From the NCBI RefSeq assembly GCF_009914755.1, contig NC_060933.1: a stretch of DNA of 64,000 nucleotides; one strand, 5' to 3'. This stretch comes from the human T2T-CHM13v2.0 reference genome, Homo sapiens. This document shows positions 12,126 through 26,977 of the stretch, piece after piece (positions within the stretch are counted from its first letter, which is position 1; each line of letters begins with the position of its first letter). The notes under the pieces were generated by a model that did no database searches, had not been told where the DNA came from, and saw only the letters and a list, made by a program, of their open reading frames with translations. The position numbers and the translations under genes are program-made.

Positions 12126-14350
12126 CTCTCCCTCTCCCTCTCCCTCTCCCCACGGTCTCCCTCTCCCTCTCCCCACGGTCTCCCTCTCTTTCCACGGTCT
12201 CCCTCTGATGCCCAGCCGAAGCTGGACTGTACTGCTGCCATCTCAGCTCACTGCAACCTCCCTGCCTGATTCTCCTGCCTCAGCCTGCAGAGTGCCTGCG
12301 ACTGCAGGCGCACGCCGCCACACCTGACTGGTTTTTGTATTTTTTTGGTGGAGACGGGGTTTCGCTGTGTTGGCCGGGCTGGTCTCCAGCTCCTAACCGC
12401 GAGTGATCCGCCAGCCTCGGCCTCCCGAGGTGCTGGGATTGCAGACGGAGTCTCGTTCACTCAGTGCTCAATGGTGCCCAGGCTGGAGTGCAGTGGCGTG
12501 ATCTCGGCTCGCTACAACCTCCACCTCCCAGCCGCCTGCCTTGGCCTCCCAAAGTGCCGAGATTGCAGCCTCTGCCGGGCCGCCACCCCGTCTGGGAAGT
12601 GAGGAGCGTCTCTGCCTGGCCGCCCATCGTCTGGGATGTGAGGAGCCCCTCTGCCTGGCTGCCCAGTCTGGAAAGTGAGGAGCATCTCTGCCCGGCCGCC
12701 ATCCCATCTAGGAAGTGAGGAGCGCCTCTTCCCGGCCGCCATCCCATCTAGGAAGTGAGGAGCGTCTCTGCCCGGCCGCCCATCGTCTGAGATGTGGGGA
12801 GCGCCTCTGCCCTGCCGCCCCGTCCAGGATGTGAGGAGCGTCTCTGCCCGGCTGCCCCGTCTGAGAAATGAGGAGACCCTCTGCCTGGCAACCGCCCCGT
12901 CTGAGAAGTGAGGAGCCCCTCCACCCAGCAGCCGTCCCGTCTGAGAAGTGAGGAGCCCCTCCGCCCGGCAGCCACCCCGTCTGGTAAGTGAGGAGCGTCT
13001 CCGCCCGGCAGCCACCCCGTCCGGGAGGGAGGTGGGGGGTCAGCCCCCCGCCCGGCCAGCCTCCCCGTCCGGGAGGGAGGTGGGGGGATCAGCCCCCCGC
13101 CCAGCCAGCCGCCCCGTCTGGGAGGTGAGGGGCACCTCTGCCAGGCCACCCCTACTGGGAAGTGAGGAGCCCCTCTGCCTGGCCGGCCGCCCCGTCCAGG
13201 AGGGAGGTGGGGGGGTCAGCCCCCCGCCCTGCCAGCCACCCCGTCCGGGAGGGAGGTGGGGGGGGGTCAGCCCCCCGCCCGGCCAGCCGCCCCGTCCAGG
13301 AGGGAGGTGGGGGGGTCAGCCCCCCACCCGGCCAGCCGCCCCATCCGGGAGGTGAGGGGCGCCTCTGCCTGGCCGCCCCTACTGGGAAGTGAGGAGCCCC
13401 TCTGCCTGGCCGGCCGCCCCGTCCGGGAGGGAGGTGGGGGGGGTCAGCCCCCCGCCCGGCCAGCCGCCCCGTCCGGGAGGGAGGTGGGGGGGTGTCAGCC
13501 CCCCACCCGGCCAGCCGCCCCGTCCGGGAGGGAGGTGGGGGGGGTCAGCCCCCTGCCCGGCCAGCACCCCCGTCCGGGAGGGAGGTGGGGGGGTCAGCCC
13601 CCCACCCGGCCAGCCGCCCCATCCGGGAGGTGAGGGGCGCCTCTGCCTGGCCGCCCCTACTGGGAAGTGAGGAGCCCCTCTGCCCGGCCAGCCGCCCCGT
13701 CCAGGAGGGAGGATGGGGGGTCAGCCCCCGGCCCGGCCAACCGCCCCGTCCGGGAGCTGAGGGGCGCCTCTGCCCGGCCGCCCCTACTGGGAGGTGAGGA
13801 GCCCCTCTGCCCGGCCACCACCCCGTCTGGGAGGTGTACCCAACAGCTCATTGAGAACAGGCCATGATGACAATGGCGGTTTTGTGGAATAGAAAGGGGG
13901 GAAAGGTGGGGAAAAGATTGAGAAATCGGATGGTTGCCGTGTCTGTGTAGAAAGAGGTAGACACGGGAGACTTTTCATTTTGTTCTGTACTAAGAAAAAT
14001 TCTTCTGCCTTGGGATCCTGTTGATCTATGACCTTACCCCCAACCCTGTGCTCTCTGAAACATGTGCTGTGTCCACTCAGGGTTGAATGGATTAAGGGCG
14101 TGCAAGATGTGCTTTGTTAAACAGATGCTTGAAGGCAGCATGCTCGTTAGGAGTCATCACCACTCCCTAATCTCAAGTACCCAGGGACACAAACACTGCG
14201 GAAGGCCGCAGGGTCCTCTGCCTAGGAAAACCAGAGACCTTTGTTCACTTGTTTATCTGCTGACCTTCCCTCCACTATTGTCCTGTGACCCTGCCAAATC
14301 CCCCTCTGCGAGAAACACCCAAGAATGATCAATAAAAAATAAATAAATAC
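12126..14350 (+). mobile_element. Full-length SVA retrotransposon (SVA_D-like), antisense to MAPKAP1
   Basis: (CCCTCT)n head, antisense Alu-like region, GC-rich VNTR (~12600-13830), SINE-R, AATAAA and A-rich tail. Degenerate TSD around aagcata. Confidence 0.95.
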
Positions 14351-14429
14351 GAAAAAAAAGCATAAAAAAAGATAGTTCTTATGAAATGAAAATCACTTAC
14401 ATGAGTCAAAAAAGAAAAACCTCACAAAA

Positions 14430-15000
14430 TTATTAACATATCTAAAACAGAAGGCAAAAGTAAAAGACTGAAGAAAGAGCAAAGAAGAGCAGGGGAAAAA
14501 AAGCTCAGATTGCTGATGAAGCAAAGAAACAGGCAAGACACAATCATAAACAGAACAAATAAGACCGGTTTATACTGAAGTAGAACTGATAATAAAGACA
14601 CAAAACACATGAATCTTTATGTGAACTGAAATATATAAAGTGCATACTGTTGAAATATTAGGAAAAGTTAACAGAAACACACAAGATGGAAATTTTAATG
14701 CATTTCTCTTAATCATCCATAGACCAAATAGTCAAAAACCCTAAGATAATAGAAATAAGTAATTAAGGACATTGACTTAATAAGTATATATTGAGGTCCA
14801 TAACCGATAGAGAATAATTATTTCCAGAACCCATGGAATATTGACCAAAAAATTATAGCATAGTAAGCAGCCAAATATACATAAATCTCTTAGGCAAAAA
14901 TTTTATAGTCCACATTTTCTGATCAAAATTCAATAAAGAATAACAAAGTCTAAATTTTAAAATTTGACCATTTAGAGATTGAAATTATTTCAGTTAGTTT
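14430..15000 (+). mobile_element. Ancient L1M ORF2 (endonuclease-region) relic
   Basis: A-rich, degenerate L1 motifs (ccatggaatattgaccaaaa, cacattttctgatc). Confidence 0.45.
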
Positions 15001-15202
15001 CTCCCAAATGTTTTCCCCCAAATCAGTGCATCAAAATAAGCAGGAAATAAGCCTAAGTACCATATTCCAATCTTGCTCAAGAGTTAACAGACGTAAGTGT
15101 AAAGGAGGCCAAGAATTCCTGCCAAATTCTCCATTCCTTCATTGGGGCCAAAGTCTACTACCATAGACAGTTTACAAGGCACAGGAACAGGAGAACAATA
15201 TT

Positions 15203-15497
<295 letters not shown>

Positions 15498-15859
15498 CAA
15501 GAACAATATTCTTAAATGGTTTTCTTGACAACCAGGCTGCAACTGGTGGGCCACTCTTCATGTGCATCCAGCAATTCCCTCTCTGTGAATGAAAAGCTCT
15601 TTCACAGGGCCAACCCACTGGAAAAGACCAAATAAGGATCTATTCCAACACTAAGTACAAACACACTAGAAAGAAAATACCTCACATTACACTGCCCGAC
15701 AGGAGGAGATCCCAGGGATTCACTTTATAGACTGTATTACACCAAACAAACCTGAGAAATCCAACGTCACTAAGAATTGTAAAAAATTTCAAAAGACCAT
15801 GGTTTAGACTCAATATAATCATGTAATTCGAAATATGGAACAACTATTTAAAAATGTCA

Positions 15860-17770
15860 TATAATTGTAGTCCAATATCAACACCAGGGAAATTGACATT
15901 GGTGCAATACTGTTAAGACTAGACTTTATTCATGAAAACAACAGGTGCTGGAGAGGATATGGAGAAATAGAAATGCTTTTACACTGTTGATGGGAGCGTA
16001 AACTAGTTCAACCATTGTGGAAGACAGTGTGGCGATTTCTCAAGGATCTAGAACTAGAAATACCATTTGACCCACCTATCCCATTACTGGGTATATACCC
16101 AAAGGATTATAAATCATGCTGCTATAAAGACACATGCACACATGTGTTTACTGTGGCACTATTCACAATAGCAAAGACTTGGAATCAACTCAAATGTCCA
16201 TCAATGATAGACTGGATTAAGAAAATGTGGCACATATACACCATGGAATACTATGCAGCCGTAAAAAAGGATGAGTTCATGTCTTTTGTAGGGACATGGA
16301 TAAAGCTGGAAACCATCATTCTGAGCAAACTATCACAAGGACAGAAATCCAAACGCCGCAAGTTCTCACTTATAGGTGGGAACTGAACAATGAGAACACT
16401 TGGACACAGGGCGGGGAACATCACACACTGGGGCCTGTTGTGGGGTGGGGGGAGGGGGAGGGATGGCATTAAGTGAAATACCTATTGTAAATGACGAGTT
16501 AATGGGTGCAGCACACCAACATGGCACATGTATACATATGTAACAAACCTGCACGTTGTGCACATGTACCCTAGAACTTAAAAGTATAAAAAAAAAAAGA
16601 CTATAGACATTACTCACTTTTCACCAGTTTTTACATGTACTTGTGTGTGTGTGTGTTGTGTAGTTCTACACATTGGATTACATGTATATATCTGTGTAAT
16701 CATCACCAAGATACAAAACTGTTCCATCATGACAGAGAAGCTCTTTTTTACCACCCGTTTATAGTTGGACTGCCTCCCTAACACTGTGCCTGTCCTCTGG
16801 CAACCACTCAATTGTTCTCCATCTGTATACTTTTGTCATTTTGAGGATGTTACATAAATGGAATTGGGTGATATGAAACTTTTAGAGATTGGTTTTTTTC
16901 ACTACGTGAATCCACCCAAGTCACTGCATGTATGAAAACGGTTTGTTCCTCTTCTCTTGATAGTAGTATTACTTGGTATGAATGTACCACAATGTTTAAT
17001 CATTTACCTGCTGAAGGACATTTAGGTTGTTTCCAGTTTTAAGTAGAAATAAGGCTGATATACACATTTGTATACAGGTTTTTATGTGAATGTAAGTTTT
17101 CACTGCTCTGGAATAAATGCCCAAGAGGGCAATTGCTGGGTTGTATGGTAAATTCACGTTTAGCTTTATAAGGAACTGCCAAAGTATTTTCCAGAATGAC
17201 TATACCATTTTACATTATCAACAGAAATGATGTATGATACAGTTTCTCTACATCCTTGCCAGCAATTGGTGTCATCACTATTTTTTATTTCAGCTGTTCT
17301 AATAGCGTGTGGTTTTAATTGCATTTTCCTAATGGCTAATGTTGCTGAGCATCTTTTCATGTGCTCATCTGCCATCTGTATGCATATCCTCTTCAGTGAT
17401 ATGTCTGTTTATGCCTTTACCCATTTTCTGATCAACCGTCTAAACTTTCTACTGTTGGGTTCTCAGTTCTTTACCTATTCTATATGTCTTTAGTCAGATA
17501 TGTGGTTTACAAATATTTCCTTTCAGTGTGTAGCTTGTCCTTTCATCCTCTTCACAGGGTCTTTTGCAGAGCAAATATTTTTAATTTTAATGAAGTCTAA
17601 CTTGCTCTAGGTCCCAAAGATTTTCTCCTGTTTTTTTCTTACATTTTACATTTAACTTGTGATTTATTTTTAATTAATACAAGATACATGATTTAGGTTG
17701 ATTTTTTCAGCTTATAGAATTTCAACTGGTCCAGGACCATTTGTTTAAAAAAAAAAAGTCTCTTCTTCCG
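15860..17770 (-). mobile_element. Old L1MC 3' region (interrupted by L1PA)
   Basis: Antisense L1 ORF2-end/3'UTR motifs (ORF 17166-17375 ADEHMKRCS..NCWQGC), including the tgtgtgtgtagttcta motif. Confidence 0.7.
15933..16596 (+). mobile_element. 5'-truncated L1PA (L1PA5-like), ORF2 C-terminus + 3'UTR + poly(A)
   Basis: ORF 16015-16386 (WKTVWRFLKDLELEIPFDP...IGGN*) is the L1 ORF2 C-terminus. G-rich 3'UTR. Imperfect TSD aagactagactttattca/aagactatagacattactca. Inserted into an older antisense L1MC. Confidence 0.92.
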
Positions 17771-19685
17771 CCATTTAATTTGCATGTGTTTTTAACATCA
17801 AACCCACTCCTATCTGTCTTCAGTTCTGGGAAATTCTTTGACATTATCTCTTCAAATATTGCTTCTCTGCTATTCCCTTCCTTCTCCACTTCACATGTGG
17901 GAGCCTTTGAATCTTTCCTTCATGTCTCTTCTCTTTCATTCTTTGTACCTCTTTATCTCTTTGTACTATATCCTAGGTTGAATTCCTCAGTATCAACTGT
18001 CCTTCAGCTCATTCTCTCTTGAATTGTGACCAGCCTAGAGTTTATCCCAAAGTATTTTTTACTTTAATAATTGTATTTTGTATTTCCAGTACTGTACTTT
18101 TAATTGGTTCTTTTCTAAATTCAAATTTGCTTGCTTTTGTTTCATAATTTCCTAGAAGTGAAACATGAATGTTATTCCTTCCTTCATCTGTTTGGTGAGC
18201 TTAAACATATTTATTTGAAATTAATTTTCAGACTGCTTTACTATATTCTGTTCCCAAATTCATCTCCTGATTATTGTCTGTGTTTCTTGGTACTAGCTAT
18301 CCTCGTGTGCTTTGGAATTTTAATTTGCTGAGCTCTTCTTGAATGAGAACCCTTGCTTGCTCTCTCCCTCCACTCACTGTCAGTGCTTTTACAGATATTG
18401 CCACCACCCTCCACCCTCATCCAAACAGAGGCCTCCAGACCAGAACCAGGTCTTACACTGATAGTTCAGGGTTCCTGTAATACTAGGGATAACATAAACC
18501 CAGCCATGCCACAGTCAGGTCCTGGTTGCACTGCTCTCTCTATTCCTTGGCACCCCAGAAACACAACTTTAAATGAGCCACAGACCCAAGCAGCCTTGTT
18601 CAGCTTCTTTTCATAGGTATGACAGTCTCACTCCAGCTTCTAGTTTCTGTCATTTCCTCTGGTCCCCGTCCAGGGATGCAGTTCCTTTGGTCCCATACCC
18701 TCATGTAGTATTTCCCACTCTTTTTGACACCATGACATATGGAGAAAATAACAATATTTGCACAGTACACAGCTAGATGGATGAGACTGTTCCCTCACCC
18801 AGGAATGATTGGCTGAGGGCTCTGATCATCACCCATGCCCTGACTAGCTGCCCTGAAGCCTGAGAAAAATCAGTATGTCATACACTGGTAAACCCATCCA
18901 CAGCATGCTCTAAGGACAGTAATACCCTAAAATAATGGACTCCTAGCACACTCTGCCTGTTTCTGTAGTTGGTTCTATTTCTAGTCCACCAGGATGCTTA
19001 TCTTGTTATTAAAGTACAAATATGTTAATAGCATTTCATTTACTATTATTATGTATTTGGAGCAGAATATAGAATTTAAAGCATGAACTTAAAGGTCTAT
19101 CATAACCATGCTTTTCCCTCTGTTGGAATGCCCTCCTCTCAACCTCTCTACATGACTTTTTCCTACTGCTCCCTCAGGTATCAGTTTAGATGTCATTTAA
19201 TCAAGGGAGATTTTCACGACTCCATTTTCACCCCCAAATGTGGGGTTAGATCTCCTTGTAAGCACCTGATTTTGCACGTAATTGTATTATATTGTTATTA
19301 CCTATTTACCTTAAACAGAAAGGTCCCTGATGGCAGGAACTGCCTCTTTCATTTCTGTATTTCCAGATCTAGCACAGTGCCTGCAATAAGTACAAACTCA
19401 ATAAATATTTTCATTTCACCTATAACAGAGTTCCATGGTGGAGAGGATAATGTAATAGTGAAGAGATGGAGCTCTGGAGTCAGAGATTGTTGGGTTTTAA
19501 TACTAATACTACCACTTATTATGTGACATAAGAAAGCTACTTAGTCTCTCTAAGTTAGTTTCCTCATCTATAAGATGTACATCACAGTTCAATTCCTATC
19601 TCTGTTACTTACTAGTAACCCTGGGCAAGTTCCTCTCTTGATTTCAGTGCCTGCCCTAAGTAATGTTTTAAGAAATTACATCAAA

Positions 19686-19989
<304 letters not shown>

Positions 19990-20316
19990 TCAGACAACAT
20001 CGATAAAGTCATTTGTTCTGTGACACCTTTTCCTGTTTCCTTGTTCCCACTTCATGCAGAAAAGGGAGGACCTCACAGCTCACCCTTGAGGAGTGCCGCT
20101 GACTGAACCATTTTCTAAGCCTAGGTGGCATCTTGGTGAAAGGCTTTCTCTGCCACCAGAGCTTTGTGTCCACAACTTACTCAGGCAAAGTGGAGGGCAA
20201 TGTCAATAAGAATTTGAAAAAATCATTTTATGTGTCATACTAAATTTACCTAAAGAAATTTAATATACCTAAAGAAAAATAAAAACTAACTGCTGACTGG
20301 ATCATACTAACTCTGA

Positions 20317-20643
<327 letters not shown>

Positions 20644-20949
20644 TAAAATGAAGGCATCTACTACATTTTGCTGTGTTCTAAACCCTACTGCTGGAAAGAA
20701 CATGTAAAACTAGAAGAGAATGCCTGTCAGAAACTCAAGTAGGGGAGAGGCAATGCAGCAAAGCACTTTAAAGTTCAAATTATAATGCCGAGGCATAGAG
20801 AGGCTACTCTCAAGCACTACATTTTAAATATAATTATTTAATGAAGAACAGAGCCTAGTGACTGAGAGAAAATTAGAACCATTAACTGATAAAGAAAACT
20901 AAAATTCGGACCAAAGGTTCTATAGAAGGCAGAAGGAAATAATGCAAAA

Positions 20950-21170
20950 ACCTTGGCATCAAACAGACCTGGAATCAAATCCTGACTCTGCCATCTCTCA
21001 CTGTGCAACCTTCAGCCAGTAACAGCTCTGAACCTGAGCTTCCACCACTGCAGAATGAGGATCATTACCCTCACCTCCCAGGGAGCTGGGAGGATCAAAT
21101 GAGATTCCAGATACCAGCTACAAAGTGCCCAGCCCAGTGCCCAATGCATGATTGGTGCTCAACAAACATC
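20950..21170 (+). repeat. MIR just downstream (in gene sense) of the exon
   Basis: cagacctggaatcaaatcctgactctgcca...ctctgaacctgagcttcc...gaggatcaaatgaga. Confidence 0.65.
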
Positions 21171-21458
21171 AATCCCCTCCCGTTCCCTTCCAGGTTGCTT
21201 ATTAGCAGGGATCATAAAAGGGTTTGGAAATTACTAAAAATCCATGTTCTCATGTCTGTAATTCACAAACTTCTAAGTCTATTTTGCAAGCTGATTCTCT
21301 GAGATGCACAGGCGCGAGACCTGGTGAGCACCCAGAGCTGGATCAGTGCAGAAGTGTGGTTCCAGGCCAATGCCTAGAAAGACTAACCAGCCTAGAAGAC
21401 ACCTTGGGTGGCCAAAAGACCACAAGAAACTAGAGCAGCCAAAAAGAGAATGGATTAC

Positions 21459-21631
21459 TTGAGCTTCGGCTCCCGTCCTTCGCTTGTATACTGCCAGCAG
21501 ATGAGCCCGATCAGGTCCTGCACCCTGGCGCTGGCCATTGTCACCACGGTCATTGGCAGCAGTCTGTCCTGGCTCGAGTGCAGAGGGAGGTAGACATCGA
21601 TCTTCTTGGTTGCTGTTGTACCTACATGACC
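21459..21631 (-). CDS. MAPKAP1: MAPKAP1/SIN1 internal coding exon (173 nt; approx. residues G167-N224, CRIM domain region; probably exon 5)
   Basis: Minus strand reads ...ttgttctgtccacag|GGT CAT GTA...AAG CTC AA|gtaatc. It translates to [57 protein letters not shown](N), matching human SIN1 as I recall it. Phase 0 start, phase 2 end. Confidence 0.97.
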
Positions 21632-22906
21632 CTGTGGACAGAACAAACACGTGAGAGCAAAGCACACTGCCAGTTATACAGACCCCACTGCTCTCCAGGC
21701 CTGTGGGCAGCACAGCCATTTTTCATCCTTGCTCTACAGACCTACTGTGACCATGGAATGGTCCCAAAGTGGAAACACTGTCTAGTTTCAAGGATTTTTT
21801 TTCCTTAAATTTTCATTTTATAATAAACTAATGGATCGGGATCTGCCAGCAGGAAGGTAAATGGGCACTACAACTAAGAGGAAAATATGAGTGGTGAGTA
21901 GAGTTCATGTTTGGTGTTAGGAGGCTGGCTTTGCTACTAACTCAGTGTGTCCCTGGACCTCAGCACTGGGTGCCTCTCTGGCAACTGTCTCATTGTCCTT
22001 GAGACAATGAGATGAGCTGCCTGGGAAGCTGTCATACTCTCCCAGGAAGGATTTAGGCCCGCAGCACTGAAACAGGTGCTTGCCTTCTCAGAGACTGGGG
22101 GCTAGTTCCATTAGGCAGTACATCTGTTTCCTTCACTACCACACAGGTTCAAGGGCCCTTTGGTCCTCCATTATTGCCCTAACCACCAACCCCACACTGC
22201 TGGATATATTCCCACTCCCTCCCACACACCTACCACTCCTCCCACCTGCGTCTTCCACTCTGCCCTCAAGAGCTGCTGCGCTAATCAGCAAACACCCATA
22301 AATCCTCAGCTGCTTTTTAAAACGATTTCCTCTACCTCTTGGACTTCACTGAACCTGCTGTTGAGGATACTGCCTCCTCTGCTGTCCTGTTAAAAGAGGA
22401 CTGCTTTGTTGTTGGTTTTTTTTTTTATAACCCCTGCACCCTCAAGGCATGCAAGAGTAGGTATCCTAGTCCCTGCTAACACTTCCAATCTAGTACTTTC
22501 TCTTTTGTGAAAAAAATCCTTGTTCTCTTGAGACCCAGGCCATCCGATGACACCATCCTCTCTCCCTCCTTTTGTGTTTCTGTTATCCGCCAACCTTCTG
22601 GCCATTCCCCTCCCTCACAGAAGGCTTGCACACTGGCTCAGTCTTCCTTCCCACCCATGCAATATGTTCACCACACAGAGTATATAGAAAAGTGTCACAG
22701 AAAACGAGTTCAAATCGGAATGCTTGATTGTCCCTCACTCCCTCCTATCCCAAGTCACAACAACAACCCCTCTTATTTTAATAATATGTGCTGCCACCAC
22801 TAAGCCAGCTGCTCATCTCAACAGTCTTGATGCTTCTTCCTCCCTCACACTGCCTATCTACTCCATTAGGAAGTTCTAATGTCTCTACTTCAAAAATACA
22901 TTTCAA

Positions 22907-24473
<1,567 letters not shown>

Positions 24474-24489
24474 AAAAATATGTATTTCA

Positions 24490-25370
24490 AAACCATCTCA
24501 CTTCTATCTCCACTGCCACCAAAATTACCATCAGGTCTCACCTGAACTATTGTAACAGTTCCCAAATTATTCTACAGTACTCTTGTTTTATCTGATTTGT
24601 TCTCTACACACAAGTTAGATCTGTTTTTTAAACTCACATTTGATCATACCATATCCTGTTTAAATTCCTTCGATGAGTGGCTCCCAAACACCGTGAACAA
24701 AATCCAAACTCCCTGCAACATCCAACAAAGCACCACATGATCTGGCCCTGTCTACCTCTTTAACATCATCCACTGCCACTCCTCCACCTGCTCATCAGAC
24801 TTCGGCTATACCGGCCTTCTGGAAGTACCCTCAATATACCAGCACGTGTGCCTGTGTGTACCTTGCTTGCATTTCTCACGTCCCAGGGCTTAGCAGGTGC
24901 TGTTCACTGTATCTAGAGAGGCTCTTTTTCATGGCTTTGCATGCGTGACTCCTCATCCTCTAATGTGTGCCCTTGGGAGGTTACTTAATCTCTCTATGCT
25001 TCTGTTTCCTCATATGTAAAATGAGGAGAATGGTAGGACCTACCTATCATAAGACCCTTATGAGAATTATTATTACTTATTATTAATTATTATTATACAG
25101 GGCTCAGCTGTCACTGTTAACACTCCTTTTGCAGTTATTCTCTCACACATGTCCTGTTCATCTCCTTCAGAGCGCTTAACAATTGAGATGATTTATTTAT
25201 GTACATCTTTAGTGTATGCTTTCTCCACGAAGTTTCCTCTGAACTTCCTTGAGAGCAATGTTAACGTCTGCTTTGTTTACTGTTCCATACATAATGCCTG
25301 GCCCTGTACCTGGCACACAGAAGACCCTGAGGAAAAAATCTGTTGAACTACAGAATGAATTTATGAATGA
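24490..25370 (+). mobile_element. L2 3' region with nested MIR
   Basis: aaatccaaactcc...catgatctggccctg...cctggcacacag...tgttgaa; MIR core at ~24970-25060. Confidence 0.6.
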
Positions 25371-26264
25371 CTCCAGTGCCTGCCAGGACACGTAGTAGGA
25401 ACTGAGTAAATGTTAGTTTTCTCCATCCCTCTTGCCCTTCCTCTATGGATCCATTTCCTGGTCATAGGTGAAAGTGGAGGGACTTGAGCAATCATGCGGT
25501 TCCATCTTTAACTCTATAATTCTATCACTCTGAGGTGAAAAAGGTCAGTACAGGGAAAGGAAATTATAAAGTCAGTTTAAAAAACATTTTTAGAGTAATT
25601 CCACTTTGCACACAACCCAGCATCCATCATTAGATTGACTGATTTTATTCCCTCAGCCTCATCTGTATGTTACAAAGCAACTACCAAAAAAATAATTCTC
25701 CTACATAATGCATGCACCCACACTCGCTGTCCCTCTCTTGCACGTGTGCACTCTCTGTCTCGTATGCAAACACACGTGGGCAAGCACACATTCCCTTGTG
25801 TGGTTTTCAGCTCTGAAATAATAATTTCAATGGCTAACAAAGACTTCACTAAATAACAAGTGTTTTGGCCTTGTCGGGCAGGCAAAGGGTTACAATGCAA
25901 ACAGTGGGAATCTTTCTGGAGTCGGTTGATAGCCCTCATATTACCCTCCTTTTCAGACCCAGATCAGTTGCTTGTCATTGCTCTCTCTTTTTATTTCTGT
26001 TTATTCCTCTTCCTCTGGAAGCACTAGAACTAAGGAGCTATAGGATTCACAGTCTCTCAAGATATGAAGATTCAACGAGATGACAAATGTGAATGTCCTT
26101 CATAAACTGTAAGATGCTTTAGAGATGCAGAGCAGTATGCCAGAAAGGGCGTCTGTGTTGAAATTCGACCCATTTCTATTACTCAAGCTTACTACAAGGT
26201 CACATGAGGCCAAGAACGGGTACTGCAGGAACACTAATAATACTGACTATTGTAACAAGAGCTA

Positions 26265-26566
<302 letters not shown>

Positions 26567-26686
26567 GGGGGGCGGGGCATAGGGCTAGCACTTACTGAGA
26601 GCTGTTAAGTAAACTCTGCTAAATGTTTGCCTAATTATATCATTTAATTCATACAATAACTCTAAGAAATAGGGTTCTATCATAAC

Positions 26687-26977
26687 TTTTTTTTTTTTAA
26701 ACAGTCTCGCTCTGCTGCCCAAACTGGAGTGCAGTGGCACAATCTCAGCTCAATGCAACCTCCACCTCCCAGGTTCAAGCAATTCTTGGGCCTCAGCCAC
26801 CCAAATAGCTGAGATTGCAGGCATGTGCCACCACACCCAGCTACTTTCTGTGTTTTTAGTAGAGACAAGATTTTGCCATGTTGGCCAGGCTGGTCTCGAA
26901 CTCCTGACCTCAAGTGATCCGCCCACCTCGGCCTCCCAAAATGCTGGGATTACAAGCGTGAGTGACTGCGACCTGGC
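26687..26977 (-). repeat. AluSx/Sz
   Basis: Antisense dimeric Alu 120 bp from the previous one. Confidence 0.9.

Noticed and set aside
12600-13830. CRISPR-like repeat arrays (SVA VNTRs, MER41 leader units)
   Set aside because: Eukaryotic retroelement tandem repeats with no unique spacers and no cas genes.
12248-14328. Many overlapping Pro/Gly/Arg-rich ORFs (also 58648-61308)
   Set aside because: They are translations of GC-rich SVA Alu-like, VNTR and SINE-R sequence, not genes.
21455-21667. 70-aa ORF as a standalone protein
   Set aside because: The N-terminal 12 residues and the stop are intronic; only 21459-21631 is exon.
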